From assembly GCA_965249485.1 (NCBI GenBank), contig OZ252239.1, positions 224,001-288,000 on the forward strand: a DNA stretch of 64,000 bases, in the 5' to 3' direction. This DNA is from a bacterium. GTDB taxonomy: Bacteria; SM23-31. Position 1 is the stretch's first letter. Each line of letters begins with the position of its first letter. The position numbers were made by a program, and so were the translations under genes. Under the pieces are notes generated by a model, which saw only the letters and a program-made list of their open reading frames with translations, did not search any database and was not told where the DNA came from. This document shows positions 40,766 to 51,268 of this stretch, piece after piece.

Positions 40766-41698
40766 TCACGATACCGATTCCATTAGACGTTCCAATTCCT
40801 CAACAGTTCCGACGCTGATGCAGGGAATTTCTTTATCGATCCTCTTCACCAATCCCTGCAATACGGCTCCTGTACCGACTTCAATAAGGGAATCAATGCC
40901 GTTTTCTGCAATATAGTTAATCGACTCGCTCCAGCGGACAGGATTGACGAGCTGTTTTTCGAGATTACCTTTCATTTCATCTGGATCGAACATCGGCCGT
41001 GCTGTAACGTTTGACACGACCGGTATATCCGTCGAGTGGAATTCTGCTGCCTGGATTTTAGTAATTAAACCACTGATTGCGTCAGCCATAAGCGGAGAAT
41101 GGAAAGCAGCGCTGACATTGAGTTCTACGGCTTTTCTAATCCCGTACTCTTTTGCTAAATCAATTGCTTTGTGAACACCTTTCACGGAGCCGGAAATAAC
41201 AATCTGTCCCGGTGCATTGAAATTAGCTGGACAGACAATTCCGGCTGATGCTGCCTTTTGACAGAGGTCTTCGACCGTTTTTTCATCACTACCTATGAGC
41301 GCAGCCATTGTACCTGGTGTTTTTTCTCCCACAGACTGCATAAGCTCACCCCGGACTTTTACAATCGAAAGTAGAGTATCAAATCCAGCGACACCGGCAC
41401 CGTATAAAGCAGAATATTCTCCGAGACTATGACCAGCCGTGATCACCGGGGTTAATCCTCTCTCCTTCAGGCATTCGGTCACAACAACACTGTGCACAAA
41501 CAAGGCAGGCTGAGTGACGTATGTCTGCTTCAAGGAATCTTCAGGACCGGAAAACGAAATATCTTTGAGAGGAAATCCGAGAATATCCTCAGCTTTATCA
41601 TAGATCGAACGGGCTTCTGGAAATGATTCATAGAAATCCTTACCCATTCCTACTTTTTGCGATCCCTGACCGGGATATATAAAACCAATATTATTCAT
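40766..41698 (-). CDS. fabD: Malonyl-CoA-ACP transacylase
   Basis: YPGQGSQ, GHSLGEY, AFHS; start MNNIGF at 41698. Confidence 0.96.
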   Translation of the reverse strand: MNNIGFIYPGQGSQKVGMGKDFYESFPEARSIYDKAEDILGFPLKDISFSGPEDSLKQTYVTQPALFVHSVVVTECLKERGLTPVITAGHSLGEYSALYGAGVAGFDTLLSIVKVRGELMQSVGEKTPGTMAALIGSDEKTVEDLCQKAASAGIVCPANFNAPGQIVISGSVKGVHKAIDLAKEYGIRKAVELNVSAAFHSPLMADAISGLITKIQAAEFHSTDIPVVSNVTARPMFDPDEMKGNLEKQLVNPVRWSESINYIAENGIDSLIEVGTGAVLQGLVKRIDKEIPCISVGTVEELERLMESVS

Positions 41699-41723
41699 TG
41701 ATATATCTGAAAAAGAACGAATT

Positions 41724-42713
41724 TTAAAACCGTGTAAGCACTGATCCCCAGGTAAATCCCCCACCGAATACTGTCATCAAACATAACGATCCGTCTGGCA
41801 GCAGTCCGTTTTTTCGCGCTTCATCAAGTGCAATTGGGACTGAAGCAGCTGAGGTATTTCCATACCGATCAACATTAATATAAAATTTTTCTTTCGGTGC
41901 GCCGGTTCGTTCGATGATCATATCAATGATCCTTGTGTTTGCCTGATGAGGGATAATCAGATCAACATCATCAATGGTCATTCCAACCTGTTCGAGAGAT
42001 TTATAAACTGCATCTTCCATAAAGCGGACAGCATATTTAAATGTTTCGCGCCCCTGCATATTAATATAGGGGAGCATTTCATTACCATCGGAATCATGAA
42101 ATTCATTTATGGCATTTTTTCCAGGATTCATGAGCAACGACGATAGCCGTCCGTCACTCTTGAGATAAGAAGTAAGTATCCCTTTTCCATCCTGCGAAGT
42201 TTTCAACACTGCAGCTCCTGCGCCGTCTCCGAACAATACGCAGGTATTTCTATCCTGCCAGTTAACAAGACGTGACAATGTCTCGGCTCCAATAACGAGA
42301 GCGTATTTATCACGCTGGGCGGCAAGCAACCCATTACAGACTGTCAGGCCGTATACAAATCCGGAACATGCCGCAGAGATATCGAACGCAGCAGCATTGA
42401 CCGCACCGATTTTTTCCTGCACATAACAGGCAGTGGCCGGAAAACAGACATCGGCAGTAATGGTTCCCAGAATAATAAAGTCAATTTCTTCGGGCTGAAT
42501 ACCGGCATCTTTGATCGCTTTCTTTGCTGCTACAGCACTTAAATCGGAGGTAGTTTCACCATTTGAAGCAATATAGCGTGTTTTTATCCCTGTTCTGGAA
42601 GTTATCCAATCATCGGAAGTATCAACCAATTTTTCAAGGTCTTCATTTGTCATGATTTTTTCAGGAACAGAAAAGCCTGTTCCGACAATTTTCGCTACCG
42701 GATTCCCAGTCAA
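41724..42713 (-). CDS. fabH: 3-oxoacyl-ACP synthase III
   Basis: AACSGF, FGDGAGA, PHQAN, GNTSAAS, FGGGFTWG. Confidence 0.97.
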   Translation of the reverse strand: MTGNPVAKIVGTGFSVPEKIMTNEDLEKLVDTSDDWITSRTGIKTRYIASNGETTSDLSAVAAKKAIKDAGIQPEEIDFIILGTITADVCFPATACYVQEKIGAVNAAAFDISAACSGFVYGLTVCNGLLAAQRDKYALVIGAETLSRLVNWQDRNTCVLFGDGAGAAVLKTSQDGKGILTSYLKSDGRLSSLLMNPGKNAINEFHDSDGNEMLPYINMQGRETFKYAVRFMEDAVYKSLEQVGMTIDDVDLIIPHQANTRIIDMIIERTGAPKEKFYINVDRYGNTSAASVPIALDEARKNGLLPDGSLCLMTVFGGGFTWGSVLTRF

Positions 42714-43723
42714 TGTAACTCCTTATACTGTACAATTTCCTGATGGATTTTTCCCTGAATGTCCTGTTCATACATTGTTGCTGCAGTCAATATAGCAGTT
42801 TTCACGGCTTCGGGAGAGGAATGACCATGCCCGATGATTGAAACACCATTGATCCCTAACAGTGGGACACCGCCATAATTCTCATAGTTGAATAAATCTT
42901 TAAATTGTTTTATCGGTTTACCGAGCAGCTTCTTGCCAAGTTTATAAAATAGATTTGATCCTATCTGATTATCGACCACTTTATCGAATGTTGTCCCGAC
43001 TGTCTCGAACAGTTTTAATAGCACATTGCCGACAAATCCATCACACACAACAACATCGGCTGTTCCGGCAAGCACGTCCTGACCCTCTATATTTCCGATA
43101 AAATTAAGACTGCTCTCTCCAAACAATTTATGAGCCTCGATCGTAGCCTGATCCCCCTTAGTAGCCTCTACACCAATGCTAAGTAATCCGATTTTCGGTT
43201 TATCAATGTTTTTGAAATATTTTACCAGTGTTGCACCCATGATACCGAAATGGAAGAGGTGGTGGGGTTTGCAGTCAGTATTTGCTCCGACATCGAGCAA
43301 AAATGAAGTGCCATTATACGTCGGATAGAAAACACCGATTACAGGTCTGCTGACACCTTCGATTTTTCCGGCGGCTAACAATGATGCTGCCATAAATGCC
43401 CCGGTGTGTCCGGCGCTAAATATTGCGTCCGCCTTTTTTTCTTTCAATAGACGGGAAATTTTAACAATAGAGGAATCTTTTTTTTCTTTCAGTGCTTCAA
43501 GTGGTGAGTCATGCATTGTGATGGTTTCGGAAGCATGCACAACCGAGATATTTAGTGATGCAAGATCCGAGTCAACGCTATGAATTGCACCCTCATCACC
43601 AACAAGAATAATATGCAGATTCCCGCCCGCTTCTGTCACAGCGAGCCGGGCACCCTTTACCGGTGCTTCCGGCGCAAAATCCCCTCCCATAGCATCCACA
43701 GCTATTGTACAGGCATGCTTCAC
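42710..43723 (-). CDS. plsX: Phosphate acyltransferase
   Basis: IAVDAMGGDFAP, LDVGAN, DVVVCDGFVGN. Confidence 0.96.
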   Translation of the reverse strand: MKHACTIAVDAMGGDFAPEAPVKGARLAVTEAGGNLHIILVGDEGAIHSVDSDLASLNISVVHASETITMHDSPLEALKEKKDSSIVKISRLLKEKKADAIFSAGHTGAFMAASLLAAGKIEGVSRPVIGVFYPTYNGTSFLLDVGANTDCKPHHLFHFGIMGATLVKYFKNIDKPKIGLLSIGVEATKGDQATIEAHKLFGESSLNFIGNIEGQDVLAGTADVVVCDGFVGNVLLKLFETVGTTFDKVVDNQIGSNLFYKLGKKLLGKPIKQFKDLFNYENYGGVPLLGINGVSIIGHGHSSPEAVKTAILTAATMYEQDIQGKIHQEIVQYKELH

Positions 43724-43734
43724 TTATGCCTCAC

Positions 43735-43917
43735 TTACGATTCTTTCGGGAAATAAGCTTCGCGGTTATTATAATGGCCGCAATTCGGACAGGCACGGTG
43801 GGTCTGTTTTGGTTGATGGCAGTGGGGACACTCCATTAATGTTGGCGCTGAAAGTTTCCAGTGGGTTCTCCGTTTGTCACGTCTCGATTTTGAGATTTTA
43901 CGTTTTGGTAATGCCAC
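43735..43917 (-). CDS. rpmF: 50S ribosomal protein L32 (Zn-ribbon form)
   Basis: MALPKRKISKSRRDKRR; CPHC and CPNC. Confidence 0.96.
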   Translation of the reverse strand: MALPKRKISKSRRDKRRTHWKLSAPTLMECPHCHQPKQTHRACPNCGHYNNREAYFPKES

Positions 43918-43992
43918 CTTTTTACTCCTTACTCTTAGCTATCTCGCTATTGATTTCTCACAAACCTTTTGGGTCTTTTTCAGTACAATTGA

Positions 43993-44490
43993 TTAGTTCC
44001 GAAGACCTTTCAGCCCTTCCCAACGCGGATCAATAGTTTCATCAGTACAATCGCACTGCTTTTCATTAAGATTTGCGCCACACGTCGTGCAAAGACCCTT
44101 GCATGACTCACTGCAGATGGACTTCATCGGCAGATTCAGAAGCAGGTTCTGCCTGACATCATCGGTCAAATCCGCTGTAGCCTGACCTGCAGGCAAAAAA
44201 TGGAGATCATCTTGCTGGTTTTCGGGATCAAGTGTACCGTCTTCGGTATAAATCATCTCGGTTCCTGTTGAGTATGGAATAGAATAGTCTTCTAAACAGC
44301 GGTCACAGGATCCTTTTAAATTGGTTGAAAAAGATAATTTTAAGTAATAATTCTTACCCTGTACATTAATCTCAATATCAACCTGCAAGTCGTCCGAAAA
44401 TTGATCCTTATCAAGACCATAATTTGTGATCGGTTCAGTCAGCGAATCTTTATGTTCGCCTTCCTTCAGACCCCGCAATTTCAGTTTCAT
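43993..44490 (-). CDS. yceD: DUF177/YceD family protein
   Basis: CDRCL, CKGLCTTCGANLN, DPRW; directly upstream of rpmF. Confidence 0.9.
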   Translation of the reverse strand: MKLKLRGLKEGEHKDSLTEPITNYGLDKDQFSDDLQVDIEINVQGKNYYLKLSFSTNLKGSCDRCLEDYSIPYSTGTEMIYTEDGTLDPENQQDDLHFLPAGQATADLTDDVRQNLLLNLPMKSICSESCKGLCTTCGANLNEKQCDCTDETIDPRWEGLKGLRN

Positions 44491-44585
44491 TGCTCAACCT
44501 TCTGACACATATTTGTAAACTTTTAACAGCTTCAATCATGTGAACCGGATATCTGTCAGTTTGTGCCAAAGTGCGTTCGTATTTC

Positions 44586-45005
44586 TTAATCTATATTGTT
44601 TCCGAAAAAATACTCTGCTTCGATTTCCGCATTCTCGGGAGAATCACTCGCATGAATCAGATTATTCTGCTTGCTTTCTGCCCATTCTTTGCGGACTGTT
44701 CCGGGATCCGCCTCTGCCGGATCGGTTGACCCAATAACCTCGCGAAGTTTTACAACAGCATTTTCCCGTTCGAGCAACATAACAAACACAGGTCCTGATG
44801 TCATAAAATCCATCAATTCAGGGAAAAAAGGTCTATCCTTATGAACCGCATAGAATCCTTCTGCTTCTTCCTGCGTCAAATGTTTTAAAACTCCATTTAC
44901 AAAGGTAAAGTCCTCATTTTCGAGACGCTGTATCACTTTGCCCATAAGTTTGCGCTGTACGCAATCCGGTTTTAATATTCCCAGCGTTCTCTGTTGTTCA
45001 CTCAT
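44586..45005 (-). CDS. ndk: Nucleoside diphosphate kinase
   Basis: ILKPDCV, FYAVH, NLIHASDS. Confidence 0.97.
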   Translation of the reverse strand: MSEQQRTLGILKPDCVQRKLMGKVIQRLENEDFTFVNGVLKHLTQEEAEGFYAVHKDRPFFPELMDFMTSGPVFVMLLERENAVVKLREVIGSTDPAEADPGTVRKEWAESKQNNLIHASDSPENAEIEAEYFFGNNID

Positions 45006-45292
45006 CGAACCGCTTCCACCTTATAAATCGGAATTTTCATTAACTGTCGTTGTCAGTAAGCCCTACCAAACCAAAACACTTCTGCTTCAAAAAGAGACTA
45101 CGATTCTTGTTTCGGAGTTCATTCATTGCTATTTCTATAAAAACTCCTAAATATAATGAATAAAAAGTCAATATGGAAGTCATTTTTAGTGTCCAATGAA
45201 TAATTTGCTACTTAATCTTGTTAAAGAAAAAGTGCTGGCCAAACCGAACCTTATTGCATACTTCGCAAACAAACTATACCTCTTTATAGCGG

Positions 45293-46165
45293 TTACAGGG
45301 CAAGAATCTCCTGAACCGTAGCACCAATCTCTGCAGGATTGTCAACAACTGCAATACCTGCAGCTTTCAGTGCAGCCTTCTTTTCCGCAGCGGTCCCTTT
45401 TCCGCCGGAGATGATCGCTCCCGCATGTCCCATCCTCCGTCCCGGAGGTGCCGTTGCGCCTGCAATAAAACTGACAACCGGCTTGTTAAATTCAGCTTTG
45501 ACAAACTCTGCCGCCTCTTCTTCGGCAGTCCCGCCAATTTCTCCGATCATAACAACAGCATCAGTATCCGGGTCATCATTAAACAGCCGGAGAAGGTCGA
45601 GAAATGTTGAACCTATGACAGGGTCGCCACCGATGCCGATACAGGTACTTTGTCCCAGATCGAGCTTTGTGAGTTGGTCTACTGCCTCGTAGGTGAGTGT
45701 TCCGCTGCGCGATATTACACCGACTCTTCCAGACATGTGGATTGCGCCGGGCATGATACCGATCTTAGCCTGTCCTGGTGTGATGACTCCAGGACAGTTC
45801 GGCCCGATTAAACGAATTGTGGTTCCATCGAGGTACCGCTTCACCGTTACCATATCGAGTGCCGGAATACCTTCGGTAATGCAGACAACCACGTCGAGAC
45901 CAGCATCAGCGGCTTCGAGCACACCGTCCGCCGCAAAAGGCGGTGGGACAAAAATCGCCGAAGCATTTGCACCGGTTGCATCCACCGCATCTTTGACAGT
46001 GTTAAAAACCGGAATTCCCTCGAAATCCTGGCCGCCTTTACACGGTGTTACACCGGCAACAACGTTCGTGCCGTACTCTACCATCAGTTTTGTATGAAAG
46101 GAACCTTCGCTACCGGTTATTCCCTGCACAACAACTTTCGTAGAAGAATCTATCAGAATACTCAT
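45293..46165 (-). CDS. sucD: Succinate--CoA ligase subunit alpha
   Basis: [29 protein letters not shown]. Confidence 0.97.
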   Translation of the reverse strand: MSILIDSSTKVVVQGITGSEGSFHTKLMVEYGTNVVAGVTPCKGGQDFEGIPVFNTVKDAVDATGANASAIFVPPPFAADGVLEAADAGLDVVVCITEGIPALDMVTVKRYLDGTTIRLIGPNCPGVITPGQAKIGIMPGAIHMSGRVGVISRSGTLTYEAVDQLTKLDLGQSTCIGIGGDPVIGSTFLDLLRLFNDDPDTDAVVMIGEIGGTAEEEAAEFVKAEFNKPVVSFIAGATAPPGRRMGHAGAIISGGKGTAAEKKAALKAAGIAVVDNPAEIGATVQEILAL

Positions 46166-46200
46166 CGTATTACTTATCCCCTATATCGTATTTAATCTGC

Positions 46201-47361
46201 TTAATTGAGCGCTGCAACCACTTTTTCAGCGCATTCTTGAAATCGTGTCGCCACAATGAATTCGAGATCCGAATCTTCCAGAATTTTTGCAGCAACATCG
46301 GCATTATTACCCTGAAGCCTAACAACAATCGGTACTGTCACTTCGATCTGCGACAGTGCTTCTTTGATTCCGTTTGCGACACGGTCGCAGCGGACAATTC
46401 CACCGAATATATTGACAAGCACCGCCTTGACATTCGGATCGAACAAAAGGAGGAGAAATCCGTTCTTGACCGTTTCGACATTCGCGACTCCGCCGACATC
46501 AAGGAAATTTGCAGGTGCCGCTCCGGCGAGTTTGATGATGTCCATTGTTGCCATTGCGAGTCCTGCTCCATTCACGATGCACCCGACATTGCCGTCGAGT
46601 TTGATGTAGTTAAGGCCATGTTTACTCGCTTCGACTTCGAGCTGGTCTTCTTCATCGGTGTCTCTGAGTTTACTGATTTCTGGATGGCGGTACAAGGCAT
46701 TGTCATCGATATTTATCTTAGCATCGAGAGCAACGACATCACCGGAACCAGTTACGATAAGCGGATTCATTTCCGCAAGTGACGCATCCGATTCAGTAAA
46801 GGCTTTGTAGAGAGCCTGCATAAACTTGATGCCTTTTTTAAACGAATCTCCGGTCAGACCAAGTCCGAACGCAAGTCTCCGTGCCTGAAATGATGAAAAT
46901 CCCACGGCCGGATCGATAAATTCCTTTAAAATCTTCTCGGGTGTTTCTGCGGCGACTTTTTCAATTTCGACACCGCCTTCGGTACTTGCCATAAAGACCA
47001 GCCGCGACCGGGCACGGTCGAGCACAACACCAAGGTAAAGTTCGCGCTCTATATCCATTCCTTCTTCAATGAGGAGACGCCTGACAATTTTTCCTTCGGG
47101 CCCTGTTTGATGAGTTACAAGATTCATTCCGAGTATCTCGGAAGCAATCTTTTTTGCTTCTTCCGAACTGTCGGCAAGTTTCACACCACCACCTTTACCC
47201 CTGCCGCCGGCGTGAATTTGCGCCTTCACAACAACTTTTGCAGTCCCGATCTCACGAGCAATCGAATATGCCTCGTCAGCAGAGAATGCAACTCCACCAC
47301 GCGGAACTACTACGTTGAATTTTTTCAGAACCTCTTTACTCTGATATTCGTGTATGTTCAT
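46201..47361 (-). CDS. sucC: Succinate--CoA ligase subunit beta
   Basis: [42 protein letters not shown]. Confidence 0.97.
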   Translation of the reverse strand: MNIHEYQSKEVLKKFNVVVPRGGVAFSADEAYSIAREIGTAKVVVKAQIHAGGRGKGGGVKLADSSEEAKKIASEILGMNLVTHQTGPEGKIVRRLLIEEGMDIERELYLGVVLDRARSRLVFMASTEGGVEIEKVAAETPEKILKEFIDPAVGFSSFQARRLAFGLGLTGDSFKKGIKFMQALYKAFTESDASLAEMNPLIVTGSGDVVALDAKINIDDNALYRHPEISKLRDTDEEDQLEVEASKHGLNYIKLDGNVGCIVNGAGLAMATMDIIKLAGAAPANFLDVGGVANVETVKNGFLLLLFDPNVKAVLVNIFGGIVRCDRVANGIKEALSQIEVTVPIVVRLQGNNADVAAKILEDSDLEFIVATRFQECAEKVVAALN

Positions 47362-47711
47362 ATATCTATCCGTTTCTGTATTGGAGTATGCATAACTAGT
47401 AAGCTGCGCTATGAAGCTGAAAATATATCAATTATTGCTGTTTATGTCAATACGATTTTAGGGATTGATATTTTGTCAGATTAGTACGTACTTATAGCGA
47501 AGTGACAATAAGGTCTTTTTCTGTGTCCGGCATAGTATAGACACCGAGCACTGCCTTTAAGCAAAGTATTTTCTATGATGTTGATTTCGATGATAAATTT
47601 ATCTACTTTCCGGTCAATATTTTATCCATGTTCATCATTTCAGTACTCAGTATTGCCTTTTATATAGGTATGATACTCATTAACACGGCTCAACAAACAG
47701 GATGATTTTCT

Positions 47712-49115
47712 ATGAACAATTCTCATGATACCAATAAGGAAGAGATCGGTCTAATCAGGCAACTCGGACTTTTTGATTCTACCATGATCTTTATCGGAAT
47801 CGTGATCGGTTCAGGAATTTTTCTCACTACAGGTATAATTGCCGAGTCGATCCCGTCAGCAACCCTTATACTAATAGCCTGGCTATTCGGCGGGCTCCTC
47901 ACGTTTATCGGAGCGCTTATCTATGCCGAATTGGGGACTGCAATGCCGGAGGCAGGTGGACAATATGTTTACCTCCGCGAGGCATATGGAACGCTTTCAG
48001 CTTTCCTTTATGGATGGATTTTATTTCTTGTATACATCTCGGGTTCTATCGCGTTTCTCGGTGTCGCTTTTTCAGAGTATCTCGGCTATTTTTTCCCGCA
48101 TCTCGGATCAGAAAATATTCTTATTTCGACCCCTATGAGTATATTCGGATCATCTTTTGACTACACAATTTCATCAGGCCAGCTTATTGCTATTCTCATC
48201 ATTCTATTGATTTCGGCAGTAAACTATTTTGGCGTGCTCTTCGGTAAAATAATCCAGAATATATTTACGATAATCAAAATCGGAACTGTCCTCATTTTTA
48301 TCGTCATTGGTTTTACAACCACGCAAAACACGCAGATAGATTTTTCGTTCAACCCCGCGGATCTTAGTCTCAGTCAGCTCACGATTGGATTCGGCGTTTC
48401 GCTTATTGCAGTTTCGTATGCATTTGACGGCTGGAACAACATTAACTTTGTTGCGAGTGAAATAAAAAATCCCAAACGAAATTTGCCCTTTTCTCTCTTT
48501 TACGGTACCATCGTTATTACGGTGCTTTATCTGTTAATAAATATTGTCTATCTTCGCGCACTGCCGATGGATGACATTGTCGGTGTTCTCCGAATAGCAG
48601 AGCGGGCAAGTTCAGCTCTTTTCGGTACGGTTACTACCGGTTTAATTTCCGGTGCAATAATGATTTCAATCTTCGGAGCACTGAACGGCACTATTTTGGT
48701 AGGGCCACGCGTATATTACGCCATGGCTAAGGACGGGCTTTTCTTCAAAAGGGTTGCTGAAGTCCATCCGAAATACCGAACTCCCGGTTTTGCCATTATC
48801 ATTCAAGCCGTCTGGTCTTGTTTCCTTACGCTGACCGGGACATTCGAACAACTCTTTACTTATGTTATTTTTGTCGCTATTATATTTTGGGTAGCTGCAG
48901 CAGCCTCGGTTTTCACCCTCAGGAAGAAAAAACCGGATATGGATCGGCCGTACAAAACGTGGGGATACCCTGTTGTCCCGCTCATATTTATAATCGCTTC
49001 GGCCGGTATTCTTTTCAATACGTTATTTGAAAGCCCGGTCGAATCACTTGCAGGTATTGGATTGACACTTATTGGAATACCGATATATTATTATTGGAAA
49101 AATAAAAATAGGTGA
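47712..49115 (+). CDS. APC family amino acid permease
   Basis: IGSGIF, YAELG...AGGQYVY, AFDGW, EIKNPKRNLP, RPYKTWGYP. Confidence 0.92.
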   Translation: MNNSHDTNKEEIGLIRQLGLFDSTMIFIGIVIGSGIFLTTGIIAESIPSATLILIAWLFGGLLTFIGALIYAELGTAMPEAGGQYVYLREAYGTLSAFLYGWILFLVYISGSIAFLGVAFSEYLGYFFPHLGSENILISTPMSIFGSSFDYTISSGQLIAILIILLISAVNYFGVLFGKIIQNIFTIIKIGTVLIFIVIGFTTTQNTQIDFSFNPADLSLSQLTIGFGVSLIAVSYAFDGWNNINFVASEIKNPKRNLPFSLFYGTIVITVLYLLINIVYLRALPMDDIVGVLRIAERASSALFGTVTTGLISGAIMISIFGALNGTILVGPRVYYAMAKDGLFFKRVAEVHPKYRTPGFAIIIQAVWSCFLTLTGTFEQLFTYVIFVAIIFWVAAAASVFTLRKKKPDMDRPYKTWGYPVVPLIFIIASAGILFNTLFESPVESLAGIGLTLIGIPIYYYWKNKNR

Positions 49116-49149
49116 GTTATTTAAGGTACACGTTGATTGAAGCCGGTTT

Positions 49150-49482
49150 TTATCTCCGGGCTTCTTTGAGGATATCCGCAGTCTTGTAGAGGCCGGTAAT
49201 ACGAATGCCGAATCGTTCGTCAATTACAACAACTTCACCTTCAGCAAATTTTTTATCATTTACCAGAAGATCAACTGTTTCACCGGCAAGCTTGTCAAAT
49301 TCGATGAGTGAGCCCTTTTCAAGTGCAAGAATATCATGAACAAGCATTCTTGTCCTGCCGAGTTCAATGGAGACAGGAAGGAACACGTCATCAAGGAATT
49401 CGATCTCATTACCATGCTCCTCTGCCGGTGCTTCAATTTCGTCAATATTCTGAAACTCTGCACTTGCTATTTGCGTCGGCAT
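49150..49482 (-). CDS. fliN: Flagellar motor switch protein FliN (SpoA domain)
   Basis: DVFLPVSIELGRT...GETVDLLVN...AEGEVVVIDERFGIRIT. Confidence 0.88.
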   Translation of the reverse strand: MPTQIASAEFQNIDEIEAPAEEHGNEIEFLDDVFLPVSIELGRTRMLVHDILALEKGSLIEFDKLAGETVDLLVNDKKFAEGEVVVIDERFGIRITGLYKTADILKEARR

Positions 49483-49849
49483 AGACGAACCTCAAATTCA
49501 ATGACCTATTACTGAATTAATATACCACTTGCAATAAAAAAACGCTTGGGGAAACTGATTTGTTCCACCTATATAGTATGTCGGCAATTTTATCCTGAAA
49601 CTGAAATTTTTCACCTCTCTCAGTCACATTTTATGATTCTGAAAAACCGTTTTAATGCAACGAGTAAGATATGCTCGCACACTATCAAATCCTGAGGAAG
49701 TGTAAATCAGTATACTATGACTTTTTTATTGATTTTCTCCGAAAAGCAGTTATTTTTGGTGACGCTGTTATCGGTCATTCCGATTTTTCCGTGCATTTCA
49801 CATTCGGATTAATCACCATTTTACCATTCAGTTACGGTCAGGAGATGAT

Positions 49850-51268
49850 ATGATCCTGCTTTGGATTGTACTCGGCTATATGTTAGTCCTTGTTTCAATT
49901 GGTATCTATCGCTCGAGAACGATCTCCAACCAAACCGATTTTATGGTTGCGGGACGTGGAGTGCCGACCTGGATACTGATCCTGACCCTTATCAGCACCT
50001 GGATCGGTTCGGGAAGTCTGATTGGCGGATCGGGATTAGCGTATCGGCAGGGTATCTCGATGCTTTGGTTTTCATTCGGTGCATGGATCGGTATTATTGT
50101 GGTCTATTTTCTCGCAGGACGTGTACGGAGAATTGCCGAATTCACCCTCCCGGACATTCTTGAAAAACGTTATAATGCAACAGCTCGTGTTCTCGGAACA
50201 ATTTGCATTATTATAGCTTTCACTACAATAGTCGGCTACCAGTTCAAGGGCGGAGGAATGGTTATCAATATTGTGACTGGCCTACCTATTGAGTACGGTA
50301 TAATTATAGCTGCAATCAGCATTATTCTCTATACTTCGATTGGGGGAATGATCTCAATAATAACTCTCGATATTTTTAATGGAATTGTAATAATCATTGC
50401 GCTGTTCATAGCGCTGCCGATGCTTTATTTCGGTGTCGGAGGCATGGAGTCACTCAGGGTAAACTTGAGTCCTGATCATTTTACCGTATTCGGTGATAAA
50501 AACATCTGGTGGGCTATCGGCATCTCATTTCCGACCTTATTTTTGCTCCTCGGTGAATCGACTATGTATCAGAAGTTCTTCTCGGCAAAGAATGAGTGGA
50601 CAGCGCGACGTTCTGTTATCGGAATGTTTGTCGGTGTTGTTATCATCGAAACTGCGCTCTGTTTTGTTGCTATTATCGGGGCGAGTTATTTTACCGATCT
50701 TCAAGATACAGAGACAATAATTCTCCATACTGCCCGGTATGGGGGTGAAATTGGACTGCCATTTTGGGTAGGCGCATTGTTATTGTGTGCCGGGATCGCG
50801 ATTATTCTCTCAACTGCAAACTCATTTCTGCTGACTGCCAGCACCAATATCACACGGGATATATACCAACGGTTCATTAATCCGGATGCGAGTCAGCAAA
50901 GAATAATCTGGGTTCAACGGCTTTGGATATTCATCCTCGGCGTTCTTGCCTATCTGTTACTAACCCAATTCAAATCGGTGCTCGACATGGCATTGACTGC
51001 CTATACAATGATCGGTGCTGGTATCACTCCGGTACTCCTGGCAGCATTTCTCTGGAAACGGGTAACACCTGCAGGCGGAGTTGCCGCAATGGCAGGCGGA
51101 ATGCTCGGGACTATTGTTCCGAAATTCTTATTTAATCTTGATGGTGACATGATAATTTATCCAGCTCTGGGCTTATCACTGTTATGTATGGTTGTAGTCA
51201 GCCTGCTGACACAGCGGTCACCTGATGAGAAAATTGCTCCCTTTTTATCGACAACAAAAAGGATCTAA
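49850..51268 (+). CDS. Sodium:solute symporter family protein
   Basis: DFMVAGR, TLPDILEKRY, YTSIGGM, ILSTANS...TRDIY. Confidence 0.9.
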   Translation: MILLWIVLGYMLVLVSIGIYRSRTISNQTDFMVAGRGVPTWILILTLISTWIGSGSLIGGSGLAYRQGISMLWFSFGAWIGIIVVYFLAGRVRRIAEFTLPDILEKRYNATARVLGTICIIIAFTTIVGYQFKGGGMVINIVTGLPIEYGIIIAAISIILYTSIGGMISIITLDIFNGIVIIIALFIALPMLYFGVGGMESLRVNLSPDHFTVFGDKNIWWAIGISFPTLFLLLGESTMYQKFFSAKNEWTARRSVIGMFVGVVIIETALCFVAIIGASYFTDLQDTETIILHTARYGGEIGLPFWVGALLLCAGIAIILSTANSFLLTASTNITRDIYQRFINPDASQQRIIWVQRLWIFILGVLAYLLLTQFKSVLDMALTAYTMIGAGITPVLLAAFLWKRVTPAGGVAAMAGGMLGTIVPKFLFNLDGDMIIYPALGLSLLCMVVVSLLTQRSPDEKIAPFLSTTKRI

